Shown here piece after piece: positions 61,311 through 64,000 of a stretch of DNA of 64,000 nt. The notes below the pieces were generated by a model that was not told the origin of the DNA, did no database searches, and saw nothing but the letters and a program-made list of their open reading frames with translations. Made by a program: the position numbers and the translations under genes. The first letter of the stretch is position 1; every line of letters starts with the position of its first letter. The DNA comes from Steroidobacter sp. (GTDB lineage: Bacteria > Pseudomonadota > Gammaproteobacteria > Steroidobacterales > Steroidobacteraceae), in NCBI RefSeq assembly GCF_016790065.1, contig NZ_JAEUPY010000254.1, forward strand, positions 15,513-79,512. Direction: 5' to 3'.

Positions 61311-63581
61311 GTGAGCCATGCGTCACCGACGCACGCCGCGCACCGTTTAGGTTCGTGGCGTGCGCTGGCCTTAGTTGCCGTTGCCGCCGTCCTGTCCGCC
61401 GGCTGTTCGAAGCGGGAAGCAGCGAGCGCACCGGCCGCCGACGCCGGTTGGTTGACCGGCGGCCACGATGCCGCCCAGACCTATCACTCCCCCCTGAAAA
61501 AGATCGATGCCGACAACGCCGGCCGGCTCGGCTTTGCCTGGGACTACGATCTCGAAACCACGCACGGACAAGAAGCTACGCCGGTGGTCGTCGACGGCGT
61601 GATGTATGCAAGCGCGCCTTGGGGGTTCGTCCATGCCCTCGATGCGCGCACCGGTCAGCGCAAGTGGGTGTTCGATCCCAAGGTCGATAACGCCATCACC
61701 AGCAAAGTTTGTTGTGGCATCGTCAGCCGCGGGCTCGCGTTCGCCGAGCATCGCGTGTTCGTTGCTTCGATCGACGGCAAGCTGTTCGGCCTCGATGCCA
61801 ACGACGGCAAGGTGCTGTGGCAGGTCGACACCATCGTCGATCACGAACGCGGTTACACCGTTACCGGTGCGCCCTACGTGGCCGGCGATGTCGTGGTCAT
61901 CGGCAACTCCGGCGGCGAGTTGGATGCGCGCGGCTACGTCAGTGCATACAAAGTTTCGTCCGGCGAACTCGCGTGGCGCTTCTACACCGTGCCCGGCAGC
62001 TCGAACGGTCCGTTCGAACATCCCGAGTTGGAACAAGCCGCCAAGACTTGGGATCCGCAGTCCCGTTGGGACGTCGGGCTCGGCGGCACCGTGTGGGACG
62101 GCATGGCCTACGATGCCAAGTTGGATCTCTTGTATGTAGGCGTCGGCAACTCTGCCTTGTATCCGCGCAAGTTGCGTAGCCCGAGCGGCGGCGACAATTT
62201 GTATGTTGCTTCCATTCTCGCGATCAACCCGAAGACCGGTCGTCTGGTGTGGCACTACCAAACCACGCCCGGCGATCAGTGGGATTACACCGCTACCCAG
62301 AAAATGATTCTGGCCGATCTGCGCATCGGCGACCGGACGCGGCAGGTGCTGATGCAGGCACCGAAGAATGGATTCTTCTATGTGCTGGATCGCGCCACCG
62401 GCGAATTGTTGTCCGCCAAACCGTATGTGCCGGTGAATTGGGCGACCGGCGTCGATCAGAAAACCGGTCGGCCCACCGAGTCGGGGCTGGCCGATTACAG
62501 CAACGAGCCCAAGCTGGTGTTTCCATCGCCCGCCGGCGGCCACAACTGGCATCCCATGGCGTTCAATCCCGAGACCGGATTGGTTTACATCCCGACGCTC
62601 GAAGCCAGCGCGGTGTTCTGGATTCCCGAAGCGCCGTACACCTACATCAAAGGCGGCCCCAACGCCGGCGCGCTGTATGCATTTCCGGCCGCGCAAGCCG
62701 GTAACTGGGGCTTGGAAGGCGCCGCCGCGAAACATCTGAAGCCGCTGGCCGAACTCAGCAAGGGACAGCCGGATACAACGATTCGCGGTTTCCTGCGTGC
62801 GTGGGATCCAGTCGCACACAAGGTCGTGTGGGAAGTTGAAACGTCGGGCCCATGGGTCGGGCAGATGAATGCGATATGGAACGGCGGCGGTGTCATGACG
62901 ACGTCCGGCAACCTCGTGTTCCAAGGACAATCGACCGGCGCGTTACATGTGTATCGCGCTACCGATGGTCATCCGCTCGCCGCCATCGACATTGGCACCA
63001 GCATCATGGCCGCGCCGATGACCTATGAACTCGACGGCGTGCAATACGTCGCAGTGATGGCCGGCTTCGGTGGCGCTCTCGGCGGCGTGCATCCGGTCGG
63101 GACCGCTGCGGAAAGGTATGGCAATGCCGGGCGCATCGTTACATTCAAGCTCGATGGCGGCGCGGTGCCTCGTCCGGCCGAGTTGCGACATGAGTCGGCC
63201 GTGCCGCGTCCTTCTGTCGAGCGCTTTGGCTCAGCGGCAGATATCGATGCCGGCAACGAGCTGATGAAGCGCAATTGCGCTCGGTGTCATGCGAACCAAG
63301 GGCCGGGCGCCATTCCCGATCTGCGCTGGATGAGCGCCGACACGCATCAACACTTCGACGACATCGTGATGAAGGGCGTGCGTGCCTCCAAAGGCATGGG
63401 CTCGTTCGCTGGGGTCATCACCTCCGAGCAAGCTCAACAGATTCGTGCCGCTGTGGTCGATTCGGCCTGGCGTGCGTACGAAGCCGATCAGAACACTCCC
63501 CAGTCCGCGCCGCATGTGCCGGACTCTGGTCCTCACATTCCGGTCAAGCCGGGCTCCGCAGCCTCCGAGGTTTCTCGCTGA
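61311..63581 (+). CDS. Quinohemoprotein (type II) PQQ-dependent dehydrogenase with cytochrome c, lipoprotein
   Basis: Lipobox SAGC, EATPVV, vicinal CC (VCCG), WDYTATQ, APKNGFFYVLDR, GGHNWHPM, heme c motif CARCH. Confidence 0.93.
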   Translation: MSHASPTHAAHRLGSWRALALVAVAAVLSAGCSKREAASAPAADAGWLTGGHDAAQTYHSPLKKIDADNAGRLGFAWDYDLETTHGQEATPVVVDGVMYASAPWGFVHALDARTGQRKWVFDPKVDNAITSKVCCGIVSRGLAFAEHRVFVASIDGKLFGLDANDGKVLWQVDTIVDHERGYTVTGAPYVAGDVVVIGNSGGELDARGYVSAYKVSSGELAWRFYTVPGSSNGPFEHPELEQAAKTWDPQSRWDVGLGGTVWDGMAYDAKLDLLYVGVGNSALYPRKLRSPSGGDNLYVASILAINPKTGRLVWHYQTTPGDQWDYTATQKMILADLRIGDRTRQVLMQAPKNGFFYVLDRATGELLSAKPYVPVNWATGVDQKTGRPTESGLADYSNEPKLVFPSPAGGHNWHPMAFNPETGLVYIPTLEASAVFWIPEAPYTYIKGGPNAGALYAFPAAQAGNWGLEGAAAKHLKPLAELSKGQPDTTIRGFLRAWDPVAHKVVWEVETSGPWVGQMNAIWNGGGVMTTSGNLVFQGQSTGALHVYRATDGHPLAAIDIGTSIMAAPMTYELDGVQYVAVMAGFGGALGGVHPVGTAAERYGNAGRIVTFKLDGGAVPRPAELRHESAVPRPSVERFGSAADIDAGNELMKRNCARCHANQGPGAIPDLRWMSADTHQHFDDIVMKGVRASKGMGSFAGVITSEQAQQIRAAVVDSAWRAYEADQNTPQSAPHVPDSGPHIPVKPGSAASEVSR

Positions 63582-64000
63582 TGTCATACCTGAGAACGTT
63601 ACTTGCCGCCTGCGTGTTGTGCGTCGGGCCGACGGCGCTCGGCCAGAGCGCTGCCTCTGACTCGGCGCTGGGTGCTGCCGAGAAGATGATCGCCAGCTGC
63701 TTCGCTTACGCCGCTGCTAACAAGATGCCGCCGGTGAGTGTGGTCGTCGTCGATGCGAGCGGTGCGCTCATCGCGGCGAAGCGGCAAGACGGCGCGATGC
63801 CGGTGTCCGGCGATGCGGCTTTGCTCAAGGCTCGCACTTCGATACGCACGCGTGCGCCGACGGCTGTGCTTTCACCCATCGTTCAAGGTGACGCCGGAAC
63901 GCGCGACGCATTCATCACCATGCAGTTGACGGCTATTCCGGGCGGCGTGCCGTTCTCGCGCGGCACTGAGGCTGTCGCCGGTGCGGTTGGAGTTTCCGGT
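63581..64000 (+). CDS. Secreted GlcG/HbpS-family heme-binding protein (runs off window)
   Basis: ATG overlaps the previous stop (TGATG); signal peptide, VSVVVVDASG...RQDGA, KART, IPGGVP, GAVGVSG. Not in the ORF track. Confidence 0.85.
   Translation, partial: MSYLRTLLAACVLCVGPTALGQSAASDSALGAAEKMIASCFAYAAANKMPPVSVVVVDASGALIAAKRQDGAMPVSGDAALLKARTSIRTRAPTAVLSPIVQGDAGTRDAFITMQLTAIPGGVPFSRGTEAVAGAVGVSG

Noticed and set aside
62275-62300. Lanthanide-dependent PQQ dehydrogenase
   Set aside because: The motif is DQWDYT and lacks the additional Asp of XoxF/PedH/ExaF-type enzymes.

Overview
GC-rich proteobacterial chromosome window. Gene content and order suggest a Steroidobacter/Xanthomonadales-like gammaproteobacterium (inference only). 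The first ~21 kb holds mixed metabolic and regulatory genes plus an iron-related neighbourhood: a Fur-boxed PepSY-TM / DUF2271 / DUF4198 / membrane-anchored diflavin reductase operon, a DUF6607-like protein and a Fur-boxed hemP. About 21.2-60.2 kb is a flagellar cluster (flgNMA, flgB-L, fliC-flaG-fliD-fliS-fliT-like-PilZ, fleQ, a receiver-less fleR-like activator, fliE-K, fliL-R, flhB) with clearly readable sigma54 and sigma28 promoters. It is interrupted by ~6 kb of unrelated genes between fliK and fliL. After flhB, where flhA would be expected, there is an AraC / quinohemoprotein PQQ dehydrogenase / secreted HbpS-GlcG module. Most notable: (i) a FleR-like sigma54 activator with no receiver domain and no fleS; (ii) a repeated promoter architecture of FleQ-like palindrome + CRP/Clp-type box + sigma54 site, with a FleQ lacking the Pseudomonas c-di-GMP switch motif; (iii) a DUF2271 flavinylation-type iron-reduction operon with no apbE. 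No rRNA, tRNA, CRISPR array, transposase or integrase was seen. All family calls come from motif recognition by eye, not database searches.
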